DNA from: Flavobacteriales bacterium
GTDB taxonomy: Bacteria > Bacteroidota > Bacteroidia > Flavobacteriales_F > PHOS-HE28
Assembly (NCBI GenBank): GCA_016788485.1
Contig: JAEUSV010000165.1
Coordinates: forward strand, 15,205 to 79,204
Reading direction: 5' to 3'
Length of the DNA stretch: 64,000 bases
Made by a program: the position numbers and the translations under genes. Below, one piece after another: positions 22,977-32,683 of the stretch. Position 1 is the stretch's first letter, and each line of letters begins with the position of its first letter. The notes beneath the pieces were generated by a model. It was not told where the DNA came from. It saw nothing but the letters and a program-made list of their open reading frames with translations, and made no database searches.

Positions 22977-24893
22977 ATGCGTAAGCCCTGCTCCCTCCCC
23001 CCCCGGATCCTCTCCGTGCTCGCCTTCTGCCTCTGTGCCGCGGTCGGCGTGCGGGGAAGCCACGGGCATCCGCTCTCGGAATGGGGCGGGTCGGAGGGGT
23101 CCGACCCCAAGGCCCGCGCCCTCGCGGATTCAGCGCTGGCGTACAGCGACGTCGACCCTGCACGGTGCCTGCGCTATGCGGAGGCGGCTGCGGAAGTGGC
23201 CCGGCGCAAGGGCGACAGGCACACCCTTCATGACGCATTGAACGCCAAGCGATACGTGCATTACCTGCGCGGAGAGCACGAGCTGCTGCTGCAGACCTCG
23301 GTGGAGGCGCTGCACGTGGCGCAGGAGCTGCATAGCGAGCGCTGGATGGGCGACGACCACGGCTGGATCAGCGTGGCGCTGATGGAGCTCCGGCAATCGG
23401 ACAAGGCCTACCAGCACGCCCAGCGCGCGCTGGACCACATGCGGGCCACCCACGACAGCAGCGCCGTGGCGCGCGGGCTTTGCGACCTCAGCAACGCATG
23501 CCTCCCCCTGGATAAGCACGCCGAAGCGCTGCTGCGCATCAGTGAGGCCGAGCGCATCTACAAGGCATTGAACGATACGGCCGGGCTGGCTTTCAGCCGC
23601 AACCTCATGGGCGGGATCCTGATGGAGCAGCACCGCTGGAACGACGCGCTGCCCGTGCTGCTTAACGCGTACCGCCACATCGGTGCGCACGGGGCCGAGG
23701 TGGAGCGTTGCTGGATCGAGCGCGACATCTCGCGCACTTACGCCGGCCTGAACATGTGGAACGATGCGGAGCGCTTCCTGGTGCTCGCCGAGGGGCGAGC
23801 CTACCAGCTCAAGGCAGTGCGCGAATACCCTTCGCTGCTCGAAGTGCGGATGCGGCTGCAGCAGGCGCGCGGCGAGCTCGATGCCGCCCTGGGCACGGCC
23901 CAGCGCCTCGTGCACCTGAACGACTCCCTGCTGCAGGCCGAGGTCGCCGGGCGCATCGCGGCGTTGAACGCCATGCACGACGTGGCCTCCAAAGATGACG
24001 AGGTGGCACGGCTCTCGACCGAGAACCTCGCCCTGCAGGCCAGGGTGGCCAAGGGCAACATGCTGCGCTACTGGTGGGCGGTGGCCTTCGCCGTGCTCGC
24101 GCTGGCCACCTGGGCGGGTCTTCGCCAGCACCGCTTCAGCCGCAGGGCCAAGCGCATGATCCGCCAGCGCAACGAACGCATCAAGGTGCTGGGCGACCAG
24201 GTGCACCAGCAACGGCTCGAGCTGGAGCAGCAGCGCCTGCGCCTGGCGGAATCGCTCATGAACGAGGAGACCAAGGATGTGCTGCTGAAGGAGATCCACC
24301 ACCGGGTGAAGAACAACCTGCAGGTGGTGAACGCCCTGCTGAAGATGCAGGCCCTCCACCTGGGCGATGCGCGCCTCGACGAGGCCTTCAGCGAGGCCCA
24401 GGGGCGGGTGCGGAGCATGGCGCTGGTGCACGAGCACATCTACCGGGTGGGCGACCTGAGCCGCGTGAACGTGAAGGCGCACGTGCTGGCCCTGGCCGAA
24501 GGCATCCTGGCGAACCACGGGTTGAAGGACCGCGTGCGGCTCGACCTGCAGGTGACCTACGACAAGGTGAGCGTGGAGGCGCTGATCCCCCTGAGCCTGC
24601 TGCTGAACGAACTGCTCACGAACACGGCGAAGCACGCCTTCCACGGGGTGCCCGGCGGCACGATCCACATCGCCCTGCGCCGCCAGGCCGATGGGGCGTG
24701 CGAGCTCACGTACGGCGACGATGGCCCGGGCATCGACCAGCACCAGCTGTTCGAGGGCGACACCTTCGGCATGGAGCTGATCCGGTCGCTGGCCGAACAG
24801 CTTGAAGGCTCGATCCGGCTCCTGAAGGGCGAAGGCACCACCTTCCAGCTCAACTTCGACCCGGAGTTCCGGCGGTTGAAGGCCGCGAGCTGA
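22977..24893 (+). CDS. Sensor histidine kinase with periplasmic TPR-like sensor region (HisKA_2/HWE type)
   Basis: 638 aa. N-terminal signal-like helix, about 330 aa of TPR-like repeats, TM (YWWAVAFAVLALATWAGL) and a coiled coil. H box EIHHRVKNNLQVVNALLKMQ, N box ELLTNTAKHAF, G boxes DDGPGID and GMELIRSLAEQLEG. No response regulator gene is adjacent. Confidence 0.85.
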   Translation: MRKPCSLPPRILSVLAFCLCAAVGVRGSHGHPLSEWGGSEGSDPKARALADSALAYSDVDPARCLRYAEAAAEVARRKGDRHTLHDALNAKRYVHYLRGEHELLLQTSVEALHVAQELHSERWMGDDHGWISVALMELRQSDKAYQHAQRALDHMRATHDSSAVARGLCDLSNACLPLDKHAEALLRISEAERIYKALNDTAGLAFSRNLMGGILMEQHRWNDALPVLLNAYRHIGAHGAEVERCWIERDISRTYAGLNMWNDAERFLVLAEGRAYQLKAVREYPSLLEVRMRLQQARGELDAALGTAQRLVHLNDSLLQAEVAGRIAALNAMHDVASKDDEVARLSTENLALQARVAKGNMLRYWWAVAFAVLALATWAGLRQHRFSRRAKRMIRQRNERIKVLGDQVHQQRLELEQQRLRLAESLMNEETKDVLLKEIHHRVKNNLQVVNALLKMQALHLGDARLDEAFSEAQGRVRSMALVHEHIYRVGDLSRVNVKAHVLALAEGILANHGLKDRVRLDLQVTYDKVSVEALIPLSLLLNELLTNTAKHAFHGVPGGTIHIALRRQADGACELTYGDDGPGIDQHQLFEGDTFGMELIRSLAEQLEGSIRLLKGEGTTFQLNFDPEFRRLKAAS

Positions 24894-24949
24894 GCCCCTC
24901 GCGGGCCACCCCGTACATTCGCGCCGCCCCATACGGGCGAACCGCACAC

Positions 24950-26197
24950 GTGAACGACTTCCATTCGTTGGGCATCGGCGACGAGCTGCTCGAAGGGCTC
25001 GATGCCATGGGCATCCGCAAGCCCACCCCCATCCAGGCCCAGGCCATCCCCGCCGCCATCGAGGGGCGCGACGTCATCGCCTGCGCCCAGACCGGCACCG
25101 GCAAGACCGCCGCGTTCCTGCTGCCGCTGATCGACACCATCTACACCTACAAGCCGAAGGCCGAGGGCAGCATCCGGGCCCTGGTGATCGTGCCCACCCG
25201 CGAGCTCGCCCTGCAGATCGACCAGCAGCTGCAGGCCATCGCGTACTTCACCCCGCTCACGTCCATCCCCATCTATGGCGGCACGGACGGCGCCAGCTTC
25301 GACCAGCAGAAGGCCGCGCTGGTGGGCGGCACCGAGATCATCATCGCCACGCCGGGCAAGCTGCTCAGCCACCTGAACCTGGGCTATGTGCCCACGCAGG
25401 GACTGGAGTTCCTGGTGCTCGACGAGGCCGACCGGATGCTGGACATGGGCTTCATCGACGACATCAAGCGCATCATCAAGTTCCTGCCTGCCGAACGGCA
25501 GACATTGATGTTCAGCGCCACCATGCCGCCGGCCATCCGCGAGCTCGCCAAGCAGGTGCTGAAGGAGCCCGTGGAGATCACCATCGCGCTGAGCAAGCCC
25601 GCCGAGGGCGTGGACCAGCAGGCCTACGTGATCTACGAAACGCAGAAGGCGCCCATCCTGGAGCACATCCTGCGCACCAGCGAGGCCACGAGCATCATCG
25701 TGTTCGCCGGCAAGAAGGTGGAGGTGCGCAACCTGGCGCGCCACCTGCAGAAGCGGGGCTTCAACGCGCAGGGCATGCACAGCGACCTGGAGCAGAGCGA
25801 GCGCGAGGAGGTGATGCTGGCCTTCCGCAACCGAAAGCTGCGCATCCTCGTGGCCACCAACGTGGTGAGCCGCGGCATCGACATCGACGACATCGACCTG
25901 GTGGTCAACTACGACGTGCCGGCCGACCCCGAGGACTACGTGCACCGCGTGGGCCGCACGGCCCGTGCCGCGCGCAAGGGCCAGGCCGTCACCTTCGTGA
26001 ACGAGAAGCAGATGCGCGAGATGGGCCGGATCGAGAAGCTCATCGGCTACGAGGTGAAGAAGATGCCGCTGCCCGAGGCCATCGGCCAGGGCCCCGCCTA
26101 CCGTCCCGATGAACGGGCCGGGGGTGGAAAAGGCGGCCGCCGCGGGTCCGGTGGTAGCGGACGCCGCGGCGGCGGTGGTGGTGGGCGCAGGCGCTGA
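24950..26197 (+). CDS. DEAD-box ATP-dependent RNA helicase
   Basis: GTG start at 24950 is needed to retain the F..LG/PTPIQ Q-motif. Contains AQTGTGKT, VLDEADRM, SAT and HRVGRTARA, plus a C-terminal Arg/Gly-rich tail (GGGKGGRRGSGGSGRRGGGGGGRRR). Confidence 0.93.
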   Translation: MNDFHSLGIGDELLEGLDAMGIRKPTPIQAQAIPAAIEGRDVIACAQTGTGKTAAFLLPLIDTIYTYKPKAEGSIRALVIVPTRELALQIDQQLQAIAYFTPLTSIPIYGGTDGASFDQQKAALVGGTEIIIATPGKLLSHLNLGYVPTQGLEFLVLDEADRMLDMGFIDDIKRIIKFLPAERQTLMFSATMPPAIRELAKQVLKEPVEITIALSKPAEGVDQQAYVIYETQKAPILEHILRTSEATSIIVFAGKKVEVRNLARHLQKRGFNAQGMHSDLEQSEREEVMLAFRNRKLRILVATNVVSRGIDIDDIDLVVNYDVPADPEDYVHRVGRTARAARKGQAVTFVNEKQMREMGRIEKLIGYEVKKMPLPEAIGQGPAYRPDERAGGGKGGRRGSGGSGRRGGGGGGRRR

Positions 26198-26206
26198 GCC
26201 CGGCGC

Positions 26207-26908
<702 letters not shown>

Positions 26909-26946
26909 GGTCGCAAATGTGAATGGGGGGGCGAAAATAGCGCCGC

Positions 26947-27471
26947 TCAATCGGTCACCGCCACCTCGATGGCATCCAGCTTCTCCTCCGTGAACTTCCC
27001 CTCCTCCCGGTGGATGATCCGGCCCTGGGGGTCGACGACGAAGATGTACGGGGTCTCCTTGTCCTTCAGCCCCAGCGCATCACGCACGGCGTCGGCATCC
27101 TCCTTCACGAACACCACGCGCTTCGCCACGTCCGGATCGGCCTCCTCCCGCAATCGCTTCATGCTCCCATTGTAGGCCGTCCTGTTCAGCCCCACGAAGA
27201 GCGGAACGAAGTACACATCGGCATCGATCTCCGACGCGAAGAGGCCATGCTTCTGCACGAAACGCAGGTAGGCCGGTCCGTACCATTCCTCCAGCAGCGG
27301 TCCCGCCTTCTGCCCATAGGCCATGCCCACGATCAGGAAGCGCCCCTTGGAGGCGGCGGGCAGTTGCACGCTGCTGCCGTCGCTGCGCTCGCCGGTGAGC
27401 GTGGGGAACGGCTGTTGCGCCCACAGCAGGGTGGCGGCGAGCAGGAAGGTGGTCAGGACCAGGATGCGCAT
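26947..27471 (-). CDS. Hypothetical secreted protein (thioredoxin-like fold suspected, no CxxC)
   Basis: 174 aa. Signal peptide [19 protein letters not shown]. Good codon bias and no recognisable catalytic motif. Confidence 0.55.
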   Translation of the reverse strand: MRILVLTTFLLAATLLWAQQPFPTLTGERSDGSSVQLPAASKGRFLIVGMAYGQKAGPLLEEWYGPAYLRFVQKHGLFASEIDADVYFVPLFVGLNRTAYNGSMKRLREEADPDVAKRVVFVKEDADAVRDALGLKDKETPYIFVVDPQGRIIHREEGKFTEEKLDAIEVAVTD

Positions 27472-27516
27472 GGGATGAGGGTTGTGCGGGCTGCGGCAAG
27501 GACCGGGCCGAACGCC

Positions 27517-28065
27517 CTACTTCACCCCGTGATCGGCACGTTTCCCGCGGAAAGGCCGGAAATAGTCCATGATCCAGGCCATGTCCTTGTCCACGTCATC
27601 GCCCACCCAATAGGGCTCGCGGAAGGTCACCTCCTTGCGGGCGTAATCGAAGCTGGTGAGGATCAGGGGCACGTTGGCCTTCTTGGCGATGTGCCAGAAG
27701 CCGCTCTTCCACTTGGTGACATGCTTGCGGGTGCCCTCGGGCGCGATGCCGATGGCGAAATCGGGTATCGTACGGAAATAGCCGACCACCTGGTCCACCA
27801 CGTGGGCGCTCTTCCCGCGGTCCACGGGATAACCGCCGAGAGCCTTCATGATCCAGCCGAGCGGCGGGCGGAAGAGCTCCTTCTTGCCGAGGTAGCGGGC
27901 ATTGTCGAGGCGGCCGATGCTGCGGGCCAGCACGCCCAGCGGGAAGTCCCAGTTGCTGGTGTGCGGGGCCACCACATAGATGCACTGCACGAGCCCCTTG
28001 GGGCGATGGTCGATCACCTTCCAGCCAAGCAGGCGGAAGATGAGCACGGCGATGGGACGGAACAT
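27517..28065 (-). CDS. Lysophospholipid (1-acyl-sn-glycerol-3-phosphate) acyltransferase family protein
   Basis: 182 aa. HxxxxD motif (APHTSNWD) and an EGTR-type box (APEGTRKH). Confidence 0.8.
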   Translation of the reverse strand: MFRPIAVLIFRLLGWKVIDHRPKGLVQCIYVVAPHTSNWDFPLGVLARSIGRLDNARYLGKKELFRPPLGWIMKALGGYPVDRGKSAHVVDQVVGYFRTIPDFAIGIAPEGTRKHVTKWKSGFWHIAKKANVPLILTSFDYARKEVTFREPYWVGDDVDKDMAWIMDYFRPFRGKRADHGVK

Positions 28066-28127
28066 GGCCGGGCAAGTTAACCGCCGGTGGCAACCCGGCC
28101 CCCACCCCTCACGTAGGAAGGCCCCGG

Positions 28128-28688
28128 ATGCAGGACCAGGCCTTTGCGGTGGTGGATGTGGAGACGACGCATGGCGACCCCATGCAGGGCCACATCATCG
28201 AGCTCGCCGTGCTCGTGCACGATGGCGAGCGCGAGCTGGAGGCCTGGAGCAGCCTGGTACGCCCGCGCACGGCCATCCCCCCCTTCATCAGCCGCCTCAC
28301 CGGCATCCGCGAGGGCATGTTGAAGGAGGCCCCCCTGTTCCCGCAGGTGGCGCGGTCGCTGATGGACCTGACGCGCGACCGGCTGATGGTGGCGCACAAC
28401 ATCCGGTACGACATGACGGCCCTGGAGCACGAGTTCGCGCGAACGGGGCTGGTGTTCCAGCGCAACACGTTGTGCACCGAGCGGCTCAGCCGCCAGTTGG
28501 TGCCGCACCTCTCCCACTACAACCTGGGCAGCCTGTGCCGCTACTTCGGCATCCCGTTCGAAGGAAGGCATCGCGCCTTGAACGATGCGCGCGCCTCGCT
28601 GCAGCTCTTCCTGCGGTTGCGGGCCGAGTTCGGGGAGGACCGCCTGCGCGCCGCGGCCCATTGGTGGCCGAAGGAGCAGCGCGCCTGA
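28128..28688 (+). CDS. DEDDh 3'-5' exonuclease (DNA polymerase III epsilon-like)
   Basis: Exo I VVDVETT, Exo II AHNIRYDMTAL, Exo III HRALNDA. Confidence 0.85.
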   Translation: MQDQAFAVVDVETTHGDPMQGHIIELAVLVHDGERELEAWSSLVRPRTAIPPFISRLTGIREGMLKEAPLFPQVARSLMDLTRDRLMVAHNIRYDMTALEHEFARTGLVFQRNTLCTERLSRQLVPHLSHYNLGSLCRYFGIPFEGRHRALNDARASLQLFLRLRAEFGEDRLRAAAHWWPKEQRA

Positions 28689-28979
28689 TCAGAGGATCGC
28701 GTTCGTCGCGTACAGCACCCACATCACCACGGCGCAGGCCGTGCCCACCACGCCGGCACGCAGGCCGAGGTGCGAGCGCTTCAGGCTCACCGCGGTGTAG
28801 CGCCGCAGCGGATGGCCCTGCCGCCCCCTCCCCCACAACGCGAACGCCACGGCCAGTACGCCCAGCACGAAGGCCAGGGTGCACAGGTGCCGCGCGAAGG
28901 CCAGCGGCACGGAAAGCATGCCGAAGACCAGGGTCACGGTGCTCAAGGGCAGGCGCTTCGGTTCGAGCTCGTCAGCCAT
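28689..28979 (-). CDS. Hypothetical small membrane protein
   Basis: 96 aa with 3 hydrophobic segments. The start overlaps the coaE stop by 8 nt. Weak support otherwise. Confidence 0.45.
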   Translation of the reverse strand: MADELEPKRLPLSTVTLVFGMLSVPLAFARHLCTLAFVLGVLAVAFALWGRGRQGHPLRRYTAVSLKRSHLGLRAGVVGTACAVVMWVLYATNAIL

Positions 28980-29553
28980 GGGTGGTGAGGCGGCGGTGGA
29001 GTTCGAGCACCTGGGGGATCACCAGGGTGCGGTCGTCGTTCACGATCACGGTATCGGCCAGCGCCAGGCGCGTGGCCTCGTCGGTCTGGTTGCGCAGCCG
29101 CGCACGTACGGCCTCCTCGCCCGATCCGTCGCGTTCCATCACCCGGCTGATGCGCAGGTCCTCGGGGGCGCTCACCACCACCACATGATCGAAGGCCTTC
29201 GCCCCGCCCGTCTCGGCCAGGATGGCGGCCTCCATCACCACGTAGGGGGCCACTTGTGCGTCGGCCCAGGCATGGAAACGCCGGCGCACCGCGGGATGGA
29301 TGATGGCGTTGAGCCGGCGCAGGTCCTCGGGGTCGTTGAACACCCGGTCGGCCAGCGCCTTGCGGTCGAGCACATCGCCGATGTACACGCCCTCTCCGAA
29401 GGCGCGGATCACGGCGCTGCGCACCTCCGGGTCGGCGTAGCAGCGCTTGGCCTCCATATCGGCGTTGAACACGGGCGCGCCGAGCACTTGCAGCACGCGG
29501 CACACCACGCTCTTGCCGCTGCCGATGCCGCCGGTGACGCCGACCTTCACCAT
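28972..29553 (-). CDS. coaE: Dephospho-CoA kinase
   Basis: MVKVGVTGGIGSGKSVVCRVL P-loop with CoaE-like length and layout. Confidence 0.92.
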   Translation of the reverse strand: MVKVGVTGGIGSGKSVVCRVLQVLGAPVFNADMEAKRCYADPEVRSAVIRAFGEGVYIGDVLDRKALADRVFNDPEDLRRLNAIIHPAVRRRFHAWADAQVAPYVVMEAAILAETGGAKAFDHVVVVSAPEDLRISRVMERDGSGEEAVRARLRNQTDEATRLALADTVIVNDDRTLVIPQVLELHRRLTTHG

Positions 29554-29596
29554 GTGCGCAGGTGCGCATGCGCCCTGGAGCGCTGCGCGGAAGGGA

Positions 29597-29926
29597 TCAG
29601 TTGACCTTGTTCTCCTCGTTGAGCTGCATCGTGCTGTCCATCGCGATGGCGCTCTTCTCGAAGCGCAGGCGCACGTTGGTGTCGGCCTCGATGAGCACGG
29701 TCTTGTCGTTCACCTCCACCACCTTGCCGTGCAGGCCGCCGATGGTGACCACGCGGCTTCCCTTGGCCAGGGCCTCGCGGAACTTCTTCGCCTCCTTGGC
29801 CTTCTTCTGCTGGGGGCGGATCATGAAGAAGTAGAAGACCACGAAGAGCAGGGACATCATCACCAGGAAGGACCAGTTGCCGGCCTGTGCGGGCTGGGCC
29901 TGGAGGAACACGGAAAGAAGGGTCAT
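29597..29926 (-). CDS. yajC: Preprotein translocase subunit YajC
   Basis: 109 aa. A TM segment followed by FFMIRPQQKKAKEAKKFREALAKGSRVVTIGGLHGKVVEV, the YajC signature. Confidence 0.88.
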   Translation of the reverse strand: MTLLSVFLQAQPAQAGNWSFLVMMSLLFVVFYFFMIRPQQKKAKEAKKFREALAKGSRVVTIGGLHGKVVEVNDKTVLIEADTNVRLRFEKSAIAMDSTMQLNEENKVN

Positions 29927-29947
29927 GTGGGGAATGGATGTTCGGGT

Positions 29948-30427
29948 TCAGTTCTTGACGGGTACGGGGAGGGCGACCACCTCGCCGGTGAGGGTGAGCA
30001 CGGTGGTGGCGGGCACGGTGTTGGCCACCACGCTCACGGTCTTCTCCTGCTTGCCGCTGCGTCCCTCGCTGTTGAAGGTGATGGTGATCTCGCCTGCCTC
30101 GCCGGGACGCAGGGGCTTCTTCGGCCAGTCCTTGCCCACGGTGCAGCCGCAGCTGCCGCGCACATCGGTGATCAGCAGGTCGCTGCCGCCCGAATTGGTG
30201 AAGCGGAACTTCTTCTCCACCGTGGTCCCCTGCGGGATCATGCCCATGCGGTAGCCCGTGCTGTCGAAGGTGATGATGGGCATGTCCTCCGGGTCGACCT
30301 CGTCGTAGCCGCTGCCCGGCACCTTGATGTCGTTGGCCGTGGGCGCATCGCCCTGCCGCTCGCTGTAATCGGTGAGCTGGCAGGCGGCGAACAGGCAGAG
30401 GATCAGCGGGAGCAGCGCGTACTTCAT
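29948..30427 (-). CDS. DUF1573 domain lipoprotein
   Basis: Lipobox LFAAC. Contains FRFTNSGGSDLLITDVRGSCGCTV, typical of DUF1573. Confidence 0.85.
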   Translation of the reverse strand: MKYALLPLILCLFAACQLTDYSERQGDAPTANDIKVPGSGYDEVDPEDMPIITFDSTGYRMGMIPQGTTVEKKFRFTNSGGSDLLITDVRGSCGCTVGKDWPKKPLRPGEAGEITITFNSEGRSGKQEKTVSVVANTVPATTVLTLTGEVVALPVPVKN

Positions 30428-30430
30428 GGC

Positions 30431-31378
30431 TCAGTTCTCCAACAGGCCGCGGCCCACCTTGCGGATGGCGCCGCTCTCCTTCATCTCGGCGAACAGCTTG
30501 TCGAGGATGCCGTTCACGAAGTTCTTGCTCTTGGGGGTGCTGTAGGCCTTGGCGATCTCGATGTACTCGTTGAGGGTCACCTTCACCGGGATCTCGGGGA
30601 ATTCCCGGGCCTCGGCGAGGGCCATCTTCATCAGGATCATGTCGGTGATGGCGATGCGGTCGCTCTCCCAGTTGCTGGCCTTTGCGGCGATGGCCTCCTC
30701 GTGCTCGGGGCCCAGGTCGATGGTGCGGCGGTAGAGGGCGCGCACGAAGGCGTTCTCCTCGGCCGGGTCGCGGCTCAGGTCGCTCAGCGCCAGGTCGCCG
30801 GTGTCGGGACGCACATCCTCGATGGTGCGCTTCACGAGCGTGCAGGCCAGGTCGAGGTCCTCGAGCCAGTAGATGCTCTTCGCCTCGTAGTGGTCGTGGA
30901 GCTGCTCGTTCTGCGCGATGTGCTCCACGAAGAGGGCGAGCACGGCCTGCTGGTCCTGCTTGAGCGTGGCGGCCGGCAGGGCCATGTAGGTGCGGTAGGT
31001 CTCGCTGGCCTCGAACTCCTTGTACAGCTTGGAGAGCAGCTCGTGGTGGCCCACCCAGCTCACGCGGCGCTTGTCGGCCTCGGCCTGCAGCTTGGGGCTC
31101 TCGGCCAGGCATACCAGCACGGGGTTGTCCACGAAGCGGCGGCTGGGATTGAGGTCGTCGGCCGTGGGCAGGTGCTTCTTCTTTCGGTCCTCGATGCGCA
31201 GCTCGGCCAGGCGGCGCATCTCACCGAAGAGCATGAGCAGGGCCACGTACAGGTCGTAGGTGCGCTCGATGCTGAGGAAGAGCTCCTTCTCGATCCGCGC
31301 CGCACTGGCGTCGTCGCTCTGCCAGAAGGCATAGAGCGATTGATAGACCTTGATGCGGAGGTAGCGGCGGTTGAGCAT
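30431..31378 (-). CDS. nusB: Transcription antitermination factor NusB (long Bacteroidota form)
   Basis: Track ORF 30431..31720(-) trimmed to MLNRRYLRIKVYQSLYAF at 31378. C-terminal NusB core DRIAITDMILMKMALAEAREFPEIPVKVTLNEYIEIAKAYSTPKSKNFVNGILDKL. Confidence 0.88.
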   Translation of the reverse strand: MLNRRYLRIKVYQSLYAFWQSDDASAARIEKELFLSIERTYDLYVALLMLFGEMRRLAELRIEDRKKKHLPTADDLNPSRRFVDNPVLVCLAESPKLQAEADKRRVSWVGHHELLSKLYKEFEASETYRTYMALPAATLKQDQQAVLALFVEHIAQNEQLHDHYEAKSIYWLEDLDLACTLVKRTIEDVRPDTGDLALSDLSRDPAEENAFVRALYRRTIDLGPEHEEAIAAKASNWESDRIAITDMILMKMALAEAREFPEIPVKVTLNEYIEIAKAYSTPKSKNFVNGILDKLFAEMKESGAIRKVGRGLLEN

Positions 31379-31410
31379 GCGGGAAAGGGAGCGTCTGGCG
31401 GCGTAAGGGG

Positions 31411-32511
31411 TCAGAAGCGGAGGCCCGCCTGTTTCATGCTGTTCACCCGGCGCTCGGCGGCCTGGTTGGCGGCGAGGTAGGTGGGGATGTTCTCCTCGGC
31501 GCTGCGCTTGAAGATGGCCAGCGCCGTGTTGTAGATGTTCTCGGTCTGGTTCAGGGCCGCCTTGCGGTTGTAGCCCTTGCGTTCCCAGGCGCAGTTGATG
31601 ATGCCGCCCGCGTTGATCAGGAAGTCCGGGGCATACAGGATGCCGCGCTTCATCACCTCGGGGCCGTGCACCACCTCGTTGGCCAGCTGGTTGTTGGCCG
31701 CGCCGGCGATCACACTGCACTTGAGCTTCGGCAGGGTCTCGTCGTTCACCGTGGCGCCGAGCGCGCAGGGCGAATAGATGTCCATGTCGAGGTCGTAGAT
31801 CTCGGAGGGCTTCACCAGCGTGATGGCGGGCAGCTCGGCCTTGATGGCGGCGAGCTTCTCGTCGTGGATGTCCGTGAGGAACACCTGGGCACCGTCCTTC
31901 ACCAGATGCCCGGCGAGGTGGCGTCCCACGTTGCCTGCGCCCTGGATGGCCACCTTGCGGCCCCTCAGGTCATCGGTGCCGTAGGCGGTCTTGGCGGCGG
32001 CCTTCATGCCGCAGAACACGCCGTAGGCAGTCACCGGACTGGGGTCGCCGCTGCCGCCCATCTCCTCGGGCAGGCCGGCCACGTTCTTCGTCTCTTTCAG
32101 GATGTTCACCATCTCGGCGGTGCTCATGCCCACGTCCTCGGCGGTGATGTAGCGCCCGTTGAGGCTGTCCACGAAGCGTCCGAAGCGGCGGAACATGGCC
32201 TCGGTCTTCTGCGTGCGGGCGTCGCCGATGATCACGGCCTTGCCGCCGCCCAGGTCGAGCCCGGCAAGGGCGCTCTTGTAGGTCATGCCGCGGCTCAGGC
32301 GCAGCACATCGTGCAGGGCCTCGGCCTCGCTGGCATAGGGCCACATGCGGGTGCCGCCGAGCGCGGGGCCCAGTGTGGTGTCGTGGATGGCGATGATGGC
32401 CTTGAGGCCCGTGGCCTTGTCGTAACAGAAGAGCACCTCCTCGTGCTCGTGCTCTTCCATGCGGCCCAGCACGAGCGTGCCTTCGGCGGCTTTGGTGGCG
32501 GTGGCGGACAT
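31411..32511 (-). CDS. Leucine (Glu/Leu/Phe/Val family) dehydrogenase
   Basis: Trimmed to MSATATKAAEG at 32511. Contains GGTRMWPY, GLDLGGGKAVIIGD (catalytic Lys region) and Rossmann motif GAGNVG. Confidence 0.9.
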   Translation of the reverse strand: MSATATKAAEGTLVLGRMEEHEHEEVLFCYDKATGLKAIIAIHDTTLGPALGGTRMWPYASEAEALHDVLRLSRGMTYKSALAGLDLGGGKAVIIGDARTQKTEAMFRRFGRFVDSLNGRYITAEDVGMSTAEMVNILKETKNVAGLPEEMGGSGDPSPVTAYGVFCGMKAAAKTAYGTDDLRGRKVAIQGAGNVGRHLAGHLVKDGAQVFLTDIHDEKLAAIKAELPAITLVKPSEIYDLDMDIYSPCALGATVNDETLPKLKCSVIAGAANNQLANEVVHGPEVMKRGILYAPDFLINAGGIINCAWERKGYNRKAALNQTENIYNTALAIFKRSAEENIPTYLAANQAAERRVNSMKQAGLRF

Positions 32512-32610
32512 CGGAACGGTCGTGTTGGGGACGTTGGAGCGTTGGTCTTGGCCGTGAGGAACGTTCCGAACAGGCATCCGGTCAAAGAAGGTCTCCGTCG
32601 GTGGTGCGCC

Positions 32611-32618
32611 TACCTTTG
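32611..32618 (+). promoter_or_regulatory. Candidate -7 box TACCTTTG upstream of the ABC exporter gene
   Basis: Exact TAnnTTTG match 65 nt upstream of ATG 32684. No clear -33 TTG at the expected spacing. Confidence 0.3.
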
Positions 32619-32683
32619 CGGCGTTCCCGCGCGGCCCGTTCCCTTGGGCGGGCGCAAAACTAGCACGATCCACAGGTCCGACG

